Below, one piece after another: positions 1-9,900 of a stretch of 64,000 bases of DNA. Position 1 is the first letter of the stretch, and every line of letters starts with the position of its first letter. Source of the DNA: a virus (lineage: Duplodnaviria; Caudoviricetes); the IMG/VR virus record IMGVR_UViG_3300036546_000248, one strand, 5' to 3'. Below the pieces are notes generated by a model. That model was not told the origin of the DNA. It did not search any database and saw nothing but the letters and a program-made list of their open reading frames with translations. Position numbers and translations under genes: made by a program.

Positions 1-1034
1 GACATCAACGCGGGAACTTGCGAACTGATCACCTGTGCAATGATGCCTTCGGTGTTCGACGCATTCCAGTTGGCCGAGGCACCTGCTTGGTGAAGCGGCA
101 TTTGGAAGTTCTCGTTAGTGGACGGTTCGATCAAACTGACGCGATCGTCGAGGTTGCCATGATTCGACCCGATTTCCATAAGACACTTGTAGGTGAATGA
201 ACACCCTTCTTGGAAACCACCGTTCTGGATGATCTGGTGCAAGATCCGGTTTTGGTTAATGCTCATCTCGGCGTAATGACCGATCGCACGATCGAGGGTG
301 TCGCCGTACGGAGTGGCCATGCTATCGGACGCTGAGATGTTGTGGATCGGCAGCGAGCCCTTGAGCACTCGAGAGAGGTACTGGTTGGGCAGGTCGTTGG
401 CAATCGTGGAGAACTTGGGTGTGTTCCCAGCAAAAGCCGTACGACCATCAATCACAGGTTCGGAGTAGTTGCCCGGTCCTGCAATCTGCATGATGCTGAA
501 CACGTCCTCTGGACGCAGACCCAGCGTAACCGTTTCACCACCACCCATACCGAAGGTTGGGTTGTACTCACCCGAGAGGACTCGGTCAGAACCAGCCAGG
601 CGGATGCCACCCTGTGTACCGAGGTTCAAGCTGAGCACGCGGTTGACGACCAACTGCATGTCCGGGTCAAAAGTCACTTGGCTCAGATTGCGGTGGTAGC
701 CTTGGTAGTTGGTGTACCCCGACATGTACTGCTTGACCAGGCCGGTTTGATTCTGGATCTCCACCTCCATCATGAAACGCAGGCGTGGGGTATCCCAACC
801 ACTGATGATGTTGCTATCCCAGTAAACGTCGGCCGAAGGACGCAGGATGCTGCCTGCGTAAGGGGCCAGTGCACCGGGGGTGATATGTTGACCCTCCTGA
901 GTGACCTGACGCAGCGTGTCAACCATGTTGTTGTCCACGTTGTTGGTCAGGTGATAAGGACGTTGGAACTGCGGGTTGTGAGATCCGGTCGGGGTGAACA
1001 GAACTCGAACGATCTTTACATAACTGGGCAACAT
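1..1034 (-). CDS. picA: PicA/Imp1-like phage-nucleus import factor (phiKZ gp69-like), 3'-partial
   Basis: Hand translation from ATG at 1034: MLPSYVKIVRVLFTPTGSHNPQFQRPY...ISGWDTPRLRFMMEV...GYTNY...FDPDMQLVVN, open to the window edge. Lies directly downstream of the gp68-like gene, as gp69 does in phiKZ. Missing from the ORF track. Confidence 0.7.
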   Translation of the reverse strand, partial: MLPSYVKIVRVLFTPTGSHNPQFQRPYHLTNNVDNNMVDTLRQVTQEGQHITPGALAPYAGSILRPSADVYWDSNIISGWDTPRLRFMMEVEIQNQTGLVKQYMSGYTNYQGYHRNLSQVTFDPDMQLVVNRVLSLNLGTQGGIRLAGSDRVLSGEYNPTFGMGGGETVTLGLRPEDVFSIMQIAGPGNYSEPVIDGRTAFAGNTPKFSTIANDLPNQYLSRVLKGSLPIHNISASDSMATPYGDTLDRAIGHYAEMSINQNRILHQIIQNGGFQEGCSFTYKCLMEIGSNHGNLDDRVSLIEPSTNENFQMPLHQAGASANWNASNTEGIIAQVISSQVPALM

Positions 1035-1062
1035 AGGGGAACGTTCCTTACTAACAAGGGGT

Positions 1063-2625
1063 TTAGATTATACGAGCAGCCGCCAACTGATGATCGACGG
1101 GGGTCAGAATGTAATCCATCAAGAGGCGAACCAATTGACTTTTCACATCGGCCGGTACTGTGATCACGTTGTCGAACTCAAAGCGAAACTCACTGACTTT
1201 CTCGACTGGTACATAGACGGCCCAGTAATTGGTCGACATTTCCAGTGCAAGGGCGTCAATGGCCCGACAAGCCGCATTGGTCTGTCGGTCTGAAGTCTTA
1301 CCGCTCTGTCTTGTGCTGTAGGGGTACAGACCCACCAGCTTTTGTACCGCATCTGAACTGATGCGGCTACGGCTTTCCACGGTGAACATCGCCGACTCTT
1401 CTTCCCAGTTATAAGCCGTTGCAGTCAACAACACCGCCAGCTCTTTGAAGCCCCAATGGAACATCAAGGCTTGGGTGGCGCCGATGGTGCGAAGAAGAGA
1501 AGGTTTGTCCAAGTTGGGGATCGCCCGTGGGGACAGGACTTTCGACATGACCCACTGAACCAAAGTCATCTGGTGTGGGGCGATCGGGTCCAGCTCCAGC
1601 TTCCATGCATTGCGGATGCACATCTCCACCAACTCCGGCGGTACCGTCGGATCGATAGCATGCGTCATCTGCATGTAGTTCTCAGTGTAGATCGATTGGG
1701 GGATCAGATCACCATCCGAGATTTCTTGCTTGACCTTGTAGGTTTCAGCGATCGACATGTTGTCTTCATCGCCACCACGATCGGTCGGGTTGTGCTTGGG
1801 GTTCAGCTTGCCGTCACCGGCTGTAAAGCTGCGATCCAAAGACTTGTAGGTATTGCGCAGGTAGTGGTACACGTTGCTGATGATGCTACTGTTGACATCC
1901 ACCACCGTCACTTCCGACAACGCCACTTTCTTGACGATGGCGCGACAGTACAGGTGGTCTGGCAATTCAGTAGAACTCAGACCAAAGCACACCGAAGCCA
2001 CCGAAATCGCTTCTCGTGCAATGTTGGCTTCCACATAAGCCCGCAGACGTTGAGCACCTGGTGTGGTTTCGATCCAAGTGTCTCCAAGAAGACCGTAGGC
2101 GTATTGCTCCTTATGGTTGTTACCCACGTTCTTGTTGATGAAGATGAACTGGTAGAACACCGGAACCATCAGCTCCAACGACACTGCCAAGACGGCCAGC
2201 TCTTTATAGTCGTTGATCAGGTATGTCCGGTCCTCGGGATTACCGTCATACTGGTCGTAGATGTTCTCCGGGATATAGATGCTTCCGTACCCCAAGACCC
2301 AATAACGCAGTTGGTCGTAGGTAAAGAGATCGTACATCCGCTTTACAACTTTCTTCAACTTACCGAACAGCAGTCGAAGCTCCCCCTGTGTCCGCATCAG
2401 CTCGTAAGCTTCAACGTAACACTCCCATAAAGCTTGTTGCTTATCCGCAGGCCATGAGGCGATGAACCCATTGATCGGGTTAAACAGATTGTCGAGATTC
2501 TTGAAGCTGGTGCGATTGAGCATCGACCCACTCCACTCCAACTCCTGTCCCTGATGGCTCGTCAGAAAAGAACCGATCATCTGGGCCGATTGGTTCTCTT
2601 TCGAACGAATGCCGGCAATCTTCAT
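1063..2625 (-). CDS. Non-virion RNA polymerase subunit (phiKZ gp68-like promoter-specificity subunit)
   Basis: 520 aa helical protein with AAGGAG RBS; size and position between ChmC-like and PicA-like genes match gp68. Confidence 0.72.
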   Translation of the reverse strand: MKIAGIRSKENQSAQMIGSFLTSHQGQELEWSGSMLNRTSFKNLDNLFNPINGFIASWPADKQQALWECYVEAYELMRTQGELRLLFGKLKKVVKRMYDLFTYDQLRYWVLGYGSIYIPENIYDQYDGNPEDRTYLINDYKELAVLAVSLELMVPVFYQFIFINKNVGNNHKEQYAYGLLGDTWIETTPGAQRLRAYVEANIAREAISVASVCFGLSSTELPDHLYCRAIVKKVALSEVTVVDVNSSIISNVYHYLRNTYKSLDRSFTAGDGKLNPKHNPTDRGGDEDNMSIAETYKVKQEISDGDLIPQSIYTENYMQMTHAIDPTVPPELVEMCIRNAWKLELDPIAPHQMTLVQWVMSKVLSPRAIPNLDKPSLLRTIGATQALMFHWGFKELAVLLTATAYNWEEESAMFTVESRSRISSDAVQKLVGLYPYSTRQSGKTSDRQTNAACRAIDALALEMSTNYWAVYVPVEKVSEFRFEFDNVITVPADVKSQLVRLLMDYILTPVDHQLAAARII

Positions 2626-2759
2626 AAACAGGTACTCCTTAGTACTGGTTGCCAGAGGATATTATACACTTATAAAAGCTTTCAATCCCGTGGTCGCATG
2701 GAGGGACGTGGGTTGGTGTGCCTGCTGCCGGACAGGCCGACAGCAGGACTCGTGGGGTG

Positions 2760-3521
2760 TTACATGTTGTAATCGTCGTCGCTGCCCCAGTCGTTACCAC
2801 TACTTGCCGGTGCGCCGCCGTTACCGCCGTTGCGATTACCACCGCCGTTGTAGCCACCGCCGTTGCCGCCACCATTACGGTTGCCGCCACCGTTGTAGCC
2901 ACCACCAGAACCACCGTCTTTGTTCTTCGGTTCCGGAGCCACGTACTCAGCAACAGCCACACCGCCGGTCAGGTTGTTGATGGTACGACGCCAGCCACGA
3001 GCGAAGAAGTTCGACGCTTCAGCTTTCGAGAGCGGTTGACCATCCGGACCCATGATCGCATGGTAGTTGGTGCCCAGGAAATCGAACTTCAGGTACGGAC
3101 GATCCTTGGCGACCAGCGCAATGAACATCACGCCTTCTTTGTCGCGACCCAGAATGGTGGTGGACACCACACGAGGTTCTTCAGAACGCTTGCCTTCGAA
3201 GAAGGTATGGTTCTTGTTGACGATCTTGTAAGCCGTGTCGGGACCCGACTTCAGGACCGCATCGAACAGTTCGAGGAATGCCCCGAAAGTCAGATGATCC
3301 ATGGCAGCACGGATGTTGCCATTGTTCTTGTCGTTCGGAACGTTGGTGTAGACGTCCAGGTGGATTTGGTTTTTGACCACGCTAACAGCCAGCGCGCCGG
3401 GGAACTTCGCACCTTGGTCGGTCAGGGTTGGACCCGAAAGGCGAAGTTTGTACTCGTCCAGGGCGTTTTTCTTACGCGGTGCCGGACGGAAATTGTTGTT
3501 GCCAGCCATGATTTTTGTCAC
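2760..3521 (-). CDS. chmC: ChmC-like nucleic-acid-binding protein with G/N-rich tail (phiKZ gp67-like)
   Basis: Folded N-terminal region of about 200 aa, then a GGYNGGGNRNGG low-complexity tail and acidic end DWGSDDDYNM; immediately upstream of the gp68-like gene. Start may be 3509. Confidence 0.62.
   Translation of the reverse strand: MTKIMAGNNNFRPAPRKKNALDEYKLRLSGPTLTDQGAKFPGALAVSVVKNQIHLDVYTNVPNDKNNGNIRAAMDHLTFGAFLELFDAVLKSGPDTAYKIVNKNHTFFEGKRSEEPRVVSTTILGRDKEGVMFIALVAKDRPYLKFDFLGTNYHAIMGPDGQPLSKAEASNFFARGWRRTINNLTGGVAVAEYVAPEPKNKDGGSGGGYNGGGNRNGGGNGGGYNGGGNRNGGNGGAPASSGNDWGSDDDYNM
2815..2915 (-). repeat. Imperfect tandem repeat encoding (GGYNGGGNRNGG)x2
   Basis: Repeated ccgccgttg/ccaccgttg units at the 3' end of the ChmC-like gene. 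Confidence 0.8.
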
Positions 3522-3573
3522 TCCTCGGTTTTACACATTATGGGGCAAAAAGGTAGTTTTTTACCTTTTTGCG

Positions 3574-4428
3574 TTAGAACATCTTCAACAAAATCATTTT
3601 GAATTCAGGGTGAAACGGGTAGCTGTTGATACACTGTTTCATCCGACCCAATGTGGTGGTTGGTGTCCAAAGGTACTTAGACGCCATGTCCACAAACTGA
3701 CGCTTCTCTTTAATAGGGAAGGTTTGAAAGTGAACACCATCACCGAAGAGTTGAAGGGTTACGTGGTTAAAAGGCATCCGGGTCAAATCCAACCCAGCAC
3801 CCCCTGTGAGTTTTGACGACCACTGGGTGTGTGGTTTGATCTTACCGGTGTGAGACTCCAATAGATCCAGTCTTTGGAATTCGTAGCGAGACAGTAGATC
3901 GATTGGCATATGCGTCACAATCAAACTGTCTTGAGGACAACCCTTAAGGGTCAAGTCGCTGTGTTGTAAATCGATCACGCCACTTTTGGTCAATGCCCCT
4001 AGGACAAAATCCTCTTGCGACACCATTGCTTTCTGCAAATCCGTTTTGGGGGTCTTGAGAAAACAATGTTGGTATTTCTTCTCCAACCCTGCGTAGGACT
4101 GAATGTAGAAATACGGGGTACACAAACCTCGCGTGACGGAATCTAGCGACCCCATGATGACCTGAATCTCAGCGGTTAACGCATCAAACAAGTCGTCGTC
4201 CTTTATTGCATCCTTTCGATCGCGCGCTACCGCGCCGATCAGGTTCCGTAGCAGGGTGCGTACGTTGAACCAGATGGCACGATAGTTGTTGATCGGTGGT
4301 TTTGCCTTGTGTTCCGGGTGATCCTCCGACACCCCGAACGCACTCTCCAGTGCTAACGCTGTGGCAATGGAGATCGGGGCGTAATTACCCAGTTCACGTT
4401 CGGCCAGAGGAGAATATCTTCTGGTCAT
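3574..4428 (-). CDS. Conserved chimallivirus protein (phiKZ gp66 position)
   Basis: 284 aa ORF overlapping the SbcD-like gene by 35 nt; synteny only. Confidence 0.6.
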   Translation of the reverse strand: MTRRYSPLAERELGNYAPISIATALALESAFGVSEDHPEHKAKPPINNYRAIWFNVRTLLRNLIGAVARDRKDAIKDDDLFDALTAEIQVIMGSLDSVTRGLCTPYFYIQSYAGLEKKYQHCFLKTPKTDLQKAMVSQEDFVLGALTKSGVIDLQHSDLTLKGCPQDSLIVTHMPIDLLSRYEFQRLDLLESHTGKIKPHTQWSSKLTGGAGLDLTRMPFNHVTLQLFGDGVHFQTFPIKEKRQFVDMASKYLWTPTTTLGRMKQCINSYPFHPEFKMILLKMF

Positions 4429-5533
4429 TTAACAGATTCTCCGCAAGTTGGTGGTAGAGAGGATCGTGAACTTCTTCCTTGAAGCGCGCCATTATCAAAC
4501 CGAAGATGTTGTCGGGGGTAATGGCAGCAGGGGTAAAGGGTGTGATGATGCGGTTAACCGCCTCACGTTTACCTTTCTCTTGGTCCATGACCTTGGTGGT
4601 TAGGAAGTGCTCGGTGTACTTCGTCTTCAGTTCATTCAAACTGAGGATGATGGGGTCCGTCTTATTTGCTAAGATGCGTACATGTGAGCCTGGCGGTAGC
4701 GCCAATACTTGCTGCTCTACCTTATCGGTGGCCAAATCCAGGCTATCGCCACTACAGTCTACCGAGACATACATCTTAGCGTTACGGTTTTCTATAAAGC
4801 GAATTTCATGCCGACCATCGGCTTTGGTTTTAACCCAGAGATGTCCTTTGGCTTCTTCCTCACCGTGACAGAGTCGATCAAAAGAACCTGCTGCCAGAAT
4901 GTTGCCGTTCTGCGAGCGTTTGTGGATGTGTCCCCCGAATACAAAGTACCGGGTGATGTTCTGATAACGGTCACATTGGTGCTTTGGGGCTGGGACGTGT
5001 TCGGGCAGCTGGTGCTCAAAAGCCCCGTGGAGGACAGTGAAGTCCACTTTTTCCAAGCCGTGTTCAGCCAACGCTTTTTGAACATCCAACCACACATCGT
5101 TGGGATCGTGTTTCCACTCATCCGGAACGTACAGGACGTGAATCCCCAATTCGGCAATGTACTCAATCGACAGGGTGTCAACGTATTTAAAGTTGGCCCC
5201 TATCGTGTTGTTGGCGTACACCATGTTCGCACTTTGTTGCCAATCATGCGAAGGTGTTCCGTACAGACACCGAACAATGACATTGCGTCGTTTACACTGA
5301 GCGAGGAAGTCGTTCATCCAACGGTCGATCAACTCCAGATTAGGATCGGAGTAATCCAACAGTCGATCAAACAGGTCCCCTGCAATGATGAACAGATCCA
5401 GTTCACCAAAGGCATCAGTGTCCGGAAACTCCCGACGAAGGTTCTCGATGATGTGGGCTGTTTCGGTGTTGTGGTGACCTAAGTGCACATCACCTATTTC
5501 GGCGATCGTTAGCTCACGCAAGCTCGTAGTCAT
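4394..5533 (-). CDS. sbcD: SbcD/Mre11-like metallophosphoesterase nuclease
   Basis: Motifs GDVHLG, AGDLFD, GTPSHD, LHG, GGHIH, GSFDRLCHGEE. Start placed at the ATG at 5533. Confidence 0.85.
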   Translation of the reverse strand: MTTSLRELTIAEIGDVHLGHHNTETAHIIENLRREFPDTDAFGELDLFIIAGDLFDRLLDYSDPNLELIDRWMNDFLAQCKRRNVIVRCLYGTPSHDWQQSANMVYANNTIGANFKYVDTLSIEYIAELGIHVLYVPDEWKHDPNDVWLDVQKALAEHGLEKVDFTVLHGAFEHQLPEHVPAPKHQCDRYQNITRYFVFGGHIHKRSQNGNILAAGSFDRLCHGEEEAKGHLWVKTKADGRHEIRFIENRNAKMYVSVDCSGDSLDLATDKVEQQVLALPPGSHVRILANKTDPIILSLNELKTKYTEHFLTTKVMDQEKGKREAVNRIITPFTPAAITPDNIFGLIMARFKEEVHDPLYHQLAENLLNDQKIFSSGRT

Positions 5534-6062
5534 CGATGAAGTCCCCATCACTGGATGGTGAGGCAGTGGTTTGTGGTTCGGCAACTTTGGTTGCGTTAGG
5601 GTCTTTGATCACCCCAAAATGTCGCAACACAACACGCCATTCCTCTTTCTCCGCTTCAGACAGGGCCACTACTTGGGTCTTGGCCTTCACCGCATTACCG
5701 ATGTAGCGTTGACCAAGGGTGGGCACCACGTCGTCTTTTTGTAGGGACTTGGCTACGTGTTCGAACATCGTGTCGCCCCGATGGCGAGCCGGCTTGAAGG
5801 TAAACCGACGAGAGATCGGAGGGCAACGGAAAAGCAGTTCGCTACCACGATAGACATCCAACGGCCGTTTGACGTTGTCCGACACTTGAAGCCAAGGCTG
5901 AAGGCTCGGGCGTTCTTCAGTGCTCAGCAACATGGGTAGGATGGCTTCGCGAAAGTACTCTTCGCTGCAACGCGGCACATCACTTTGGAACAATTGGTTA
6001 AGGTCTGAGATGGCTTCTTTAACGCGTTCGGTGTTTTTTACAATCGGTTCTTTCTTCGTCAT
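5514..6062 (-). CDS. Conserved hypothetical protein
   Basis: About 182 aa from MTKKEP with GAGGA RBS; acidic C-terminus. Confidence 0.65.
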   Translation of the reverse strand: MTKKEPIVKNTERVKEAISDLNQLFQSDVPRCSEEYFREAILPMLLSTEERPSLQPWLQVSDNVKRPLDVYRGSELLFRCPPISRRFTFKPARHRGDTMFEHVAKSLQKDDVVPTLGQRYIGNAVKAKTQVVALSEAEKEEWRVVLRHFGVIKDPNATKVAEPQTTASPSSDGDFIDDYELA

Positions 6063-6133
6063 GGTCTGGTCCTCAACACAAACGACTAGGGTCATACCCT
6101 AGTCGTTGTGTATAAAGAGTTACTTAGTGCGCT

Positions 6134-6817
6134 TTACGATTGTGTTTTAACCGGCACCTGGACAGAAGTTTCATCCAGGGGCTTGTCAGTGATCAGGTTA
6201 ACAGTGATGTAAACCAGCTGACCTGGTTTGTACTGTTTGGAGCGGTGTTCTTCGAGCACGGCGGTTCCGAGTTGAGTTGCGTCGGATTCGGCGTCGAAGG
6301 GTTTGTACTGGGGTAGGCCATTCTCATCACGAGTGATATCGTAGAGAAACAACCCGCCGTCACGCAGTACACACATAACCAGAGCATGGTCCGTACATTC
6401 CAGTGAGGAGTCGATAGTAGCCCGACCCTCCTCCACCAGTTGTTGGATCGTTTTAGGTTCCGGGGTGTGGGCGTGGTGGTCGTGACTGTGTTGGGTTTGT
6501 GTCAAGCGTTGACGCAGCTCAACGATCAGGTCATCAAACTTGGTACCGATTTCTTCCACCATTTTGCGACTGGCCTTGTCTGCGCAAATTTCTGCCAGAC
6601 GGATGATCTTGACATTTTGTTCGGTCACCACTTCATCCAGTACCGAGATCAACTGATTCAGTCGGATGAAAACTTGGTCCACTTTCGGACCTTGTTGTGG
6701 GAATGTGGACTGTCTCATACGAGCAGCAACACCGTTCCCCTCCACCGTTACTGGAGCAGCGGTTGTGGTTTCTTGGGAAGTAGGGGTAGTCGTCAAAGAA
6801 TAATCGGGAGTGGTCAC
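6134..6817 (-). CDS. Hypothetical protein with coiled-coil segment
   Basis: GTG start 8 nt after AAGGA; helical heptad region. Confidence 0.6.
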   Translation of the reverse strand: MTTPDYSLTTTPTSQETTTAAPVTVEGNGVAARMRQSTFPQQGPKVDQVFIRLNQLISVLDEVVTEQNVKIIRLAEICADKASRKMVEEIGTKFDDLIVELRQRLTQTQHSHDHHAHTPEPKTIQQLVEEGRATIDSSLECTDHALVMCVLRDGGLFLYDITRDENGLPQYKPFDAESDATQLGTAVLEEHRSKQYKPGQLVYITVNLITDKPLDETSVQVPVKTQS

Positions 6818-6833
6818 AGGGGGTTTCCTTTTT

Positions 6834-7235
6834 TTAACCGTTGTTGATTTCAGCAATTTTCGCCACTTTGGAGTTGATCAAGGACAACTCACGACCGGCG
6901 TAATACTGTTGACCATTTACCAGCACTCGGATATCCAGCGAAAGGTCGATCAGGTCGGGTCTGTCAGGGTCAGGGGTGGTAGCTTCAGCATCCACCTCAG
7001 CACCGTCAAAGTACCGGGAGAGCAACGTCACCAACGTACTGCGAGTTTCGTCGGCCAAACGCATGGGTTGTTCGGTGTTGTTCTGGATAATGGCGGGGAA
7101 GGATGCCACTGATCCGTCGAAGATGAAGGATTGAGATTTCTCGCTCACCAAGAAATACCCCAACAACTTATCGAGCTTCTCGGGAACATCACCAACCCAA
7201 CCAGAGGCACTGAGGGAGGGGATCTCAACATTCAT
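6834..7235 (-). CDS. Conserved hypothetical protein
   Basis: MNVEIP start with GAGGTG RBS; in the conserved block between beta' and SbcD. Confidence 0.6.
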   Translation of the reverse strand: MNVEIPSLSASGWVGDVPEKLDKLLGYFLVSEKSQSFIFDGSVASFPAIIQNNTEQPMRLADETRSTLVTLLSRYFDGAEVDAEATTPDPDRPDLIDLSLDIRVLVNGQQYYAGRELSLINSKVAKIAEINNG

Positions 7236-7313
7236 ATACACCTCAACGAGACAGGGCAAAAAATAAGGCTTCATATAAAGGGGATGAGTGAGGGGACAAA
7301 GTCCCCTCACCAA

Positions 7314-7937
7314 TCACCAAAGTGAGGAATTGAATTTACTGGTCGGATCGTCCCGACCAGTACGGTAGCGCATCAGCAGTTCACTCCAAGTACAGAGCAC
7401 GTCAACCTTCTGATCGAAGTTCAGTTGGTCTTCCGATTTCTCATGTTCCAAGAAGTAGGTGACTGCACGCCATTCCTCGCCTTCTTCAGTGTCCTCTACA
7501 ATCCCGGACATGACGCACTGGTAGTGATAATGTTCCTCACCCACTGCATCGCCATGTTCGTTCACATAGGTTTCACTATAACCGTCGATCTTCTGGTCCA
7601 GATACGCTTGGCGTATCTCGGGCTGGGCCATCAGGAACGGCTGCATCACCACCGGGGCATGTTGCAAGGCTGCAATACCCACCAGTTGACGAATGCTGTC
7701 ATCATCCCACAGACTGACAACCCGTCGCGCGCCGGCTCGGGCCAGGCGGGCTGCGTCCTCACCGAAGAACCGACTCCACTCGTTCCGGGTATTCTGAACG
7801 AAGTTAAGTCCTTCTTGAGTTAGCATGGGGGTAATCTGCTGATGCAGGGTGTTGACAAACTGCTGCACTTCGGGGTGGGGTGCACCATACAACAATTGGT
7901 CAAACGTATTGGTACCGCCAATTACCATTTGGGCCAT
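7314..7937 (-). CDS. Conserved chimallivirus protein (phiKZ gp59 region)
   Basis: 207 aa with AAGGAG RBS; ends DPTSKFNSSLW; synteny. Confidence 0.6.
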   Translation of the reverse strand: MAQMVIGGTNTFDQLLYGAPHPEVQQFVNTLHQQITPMLTQEGLNFVQNTRNEWSRFFGEDAARLARAGARRVVSLWDDDSIRQLVGIAALQHAPVVMQPFLMAQPEIRQAYLDQKIDGYSETYVNEHGDAVGEEHYHYQCVMSGIVEDTEEGEEWRAVTYFLEHEKSEDQLNFDQKVDVLCTWSELLMRYRTGRDDPTSKFNSSLW

Positions 7938-7977
7938 GAATTACTCCTTCTACATAAAGTAGTGGCTAATGGTAATT

Positions 7978-8289
7978 TTAGATCGCGTAGATGCCACGCT
8001 CCGCGAACCACTTCTCGGTACCGCGCTTTGCCACCAGGTAGAGGCCTTGTGGGTTGGTGAGGTAGAGCGAGTAGGTGGTGGCGGGTGCAGGGACACTACC
8101 CCCGTTGGCCACTTTCTTCGTTTCGGTTTGTTCATCAGGAACCAGCGAGAAGGTATAGCCGTGCTTGGCCAGCTCCTCACGCATCTCCTTGAACTCCTGT
8201 GGGGTGGACTTAACCACCAGCAGGTAGGTCCGCGACGTATTCAGTTGGTTGTTCTGCGCCAGTTGGAGCAGCTCTTGTGCCTTGTTCAT
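7978..8289 (-). CDS. Hypothetical protein
   Basis: 103 aa with GAGGA RBS inside a small hairpin. Confidence 0.6.
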   Translation of the reverse strand: MNKAQELLQLAQNNQLNTSRTYLLVVKSTPQEFKEMREELAKHGYTFSLVPDEQTETKKVANGGSVPAPATTYSLYLTNPQGLYLVAKRGTEKWFAERGIYAI

Positions 8290-8336
8290 TCGAGGTGTCC
8301 TCGGTGAGAGGGGACTGAAAGCCCCCTCAAGTTTAT

Positions 8337-8510
8337 TTAGCGACCCCGGTGGATGTAGTTCGAGATCGTAGTCACCACAGGCGCAGGGATTGCGATGTGG
8401 CTAGAGATACTGCGGGGTTTGCGGGTGTCGTAAACACCGTTGCGGGGTGCCAGTTCATCCAGAGCCTCCAACATCTGGTGGTCCAGAATAATGATGCCAT
8501 TGAGAGCATC
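8337..8510 (-). CDS. nvRNAP beta' N-terminal subunit, exon 2
   Basis: Begins GAT GCT CTC AAT (DALN) right after a terminal intron G at 8511; supplies the last Asp of NADFDGD; 57 aa. Confidence 0.88.
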   Translation of the reverse strand, partial: DALNGIIILDHQMLEALDELAPRNGVYDTRKPRSISSHIAIPAPVVTTISNYIHRGR

Positions 8511-9900
8511 CTTTGATGTTTCTGCTATGTGAACCAACTTACACAACTGGACTTGTTGTAAACTGATTTAATCTACCTAAAGCCCATGGGGTGTTATAAA
8601 CGAATGCCCACGGACCTACTTGTCGAATGACATCCTTCTTAAGGGTTGTCGTTACAGCTTTCTTACTCAGACCTTGAGTGGTGTGGAACAGACTGGCGCT
8701 CTTAAACACCGAGACTTCGCCCGTCACCACATTCTTGGCCAACACTTCTTTAGGACCTCTACCCAAAGCTCGATCCAAAGACTCTTGGTCGATTTCGGGC
8801 AAACCTTCTTCCTTATACGCACAGACATAACGTTTGTTAACCAAACGCAAGACATCGCCTCTGGACATACATTGGAAGATGTGGCTGGGAAGTGCATCGA
8901 TAGCACGCCCTAAAAGACCCATCGAAGGGTATTCCTGAACTTCGTTGGTCTGGATATCTAAACACAACACTGGTCGTGAAGGCTGTTGACCCAGACTATC
9001 CCTTTCACGGATACGAGCTTTGTGAAGCTGTTCGGGGATTCTATCCTTTGTTCCATGGTGGGTGAGTACCCACCCATCGATAGGGATTCCTTCCTTAATG
9101 TGCTTCCAAATCACCTCAGGTTGATACCCGAAGTGCTCTCCCGCATGGAACAGGTCTCGGAGGAACATACACACACCGTCCTTATCAGCCAAAATCCGCG
9201 GACGTGATTCTGACTTAAAGAGTGCAGCGTGTATATTGTTAACCTTAACCGTTGCCCATTCGAGGTTTTCTACGTCGTTATTGGTACAGTCTCCATCGAT
9301 GTGGTTCACTGTTAACTGACTAACGTCCCTATCCCACGGTAAGTGTGCCAAGGCCACCATCCGATGAACGCCGAACGTTGGCATACTGCCATCCAACATT
9401 CTAACGTTAACCGTGATGTAGCCGTCAAGGTTGACGTAGTAATTCTTCTCAACGCCTTCGGAGTCAAAGATCCTACCGCACCGAGAAGCCATATACCCGT
9501 CAGTGCCCGGTATGATCTTCAAATCCATAACGTATCCTTTTCTTTATTTACACATAGCAGAAACGCACGAGTCGTTAATTCGTGGTTACCTGTGGTCCAG
9601 ACAGATAACTTCCTCACTTTCATGAGGCGGTAGACTATATCTTCTTCCAGTTTCCCAGAAGCTCCCTGTTTCGAATGTCACTTGACACCCTACTCTACTC
9701 GGTTCGTCTCTCGACGCCTTTCGATAGTCGTTGAACCTTGTCCGTAACTTGTCTCCCGACAATTTGTAGGACCTTGGCTGCTGATTGTCCAATCTCGATT
9801 CTTTTCAAACCATGACGTTTATCGTTTCCGATTCCGCTTTGGTGAACCAAGCTCTAAGGAGTTTCCAGCAATTTAAGGAGTTTAATGACGGCAATACTCT
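8511..9900 (-). mobile_element. Group I self-splicing intron (1390 nt) with homing endonuclease
   Basis: P AAUUGCUGGAAA (9862-9874), Q AAUCAGCAG (about 9778-9786), R GUUCAACGACUA (9725-9736), S AAGAUAUAGUCU (9632-9643), P9 CCUCAU-GAAA-GUGAGG. P1 GACGGU/GCCGUC with U-G at the splice site, P10 AGAGUAUU/GAUGCUCU, omega-G at 8511. Confidence 0.92.
8539..9528 (-). CDS. Intron-encoded NUMOD4-HNH homing endonuclease
   Basis: NUMOD4-like N-terminus (IPGTDGYMASRCGRI), HNH core VHRMVA...VNHIDGDCTNNDVENLEW, three C-terminal NUMOD1-like repeats. Confidence 0.88.
   Translation of the reverse strand: MDLKIIPGTDGYMASRCGRIFDSEGVEKNYYVNLDGYITVNVRMLDGSMPTFGVHRMVALAHLPWDRDVSQLTVNHIDGDCTNNDVENLEWATVKVNNIHAALFKSESRPRILADKDGVCMFLRDLFHAGEHFGYQPEVIWKHIKEGIPIDGWVLTHHGTKDRIPEQLHKARIRERDSLGQQPSRPVLCLDIQTNEVQEYPSMGLLGRAIDALPSHIFQCMSRGDVLRLVNKRYVCAYKEEGLPEIDQESLDRALGRGPKEVLAKNVVTGEVSVFKSASLFHTTQGLSKKAVTTTLKKDVIRQVGPWAFVYNTPWALGRLNQFTTSPVV

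Noticed and set aside
6822-6840. A7 slippery-looking run at a gene junction
   Set aside because: The upstream gene stops at its first bases and a GTG with AAGGA RBS at 6817 explains the downstream gene without frameshifting.
8337-8546. Independent 69-aa gene, and the 9586-9792 ORF
   Set aside because: The first is beta' exon 2 plus intron tail; the second lies in the ribozyme core.
9805-9900. C-terminal RVLPSLNSLNCWKLL...VMV of the 450-aa ORF
   Set aside because: Read-through into the intron; LNCWKL is the intron P element.
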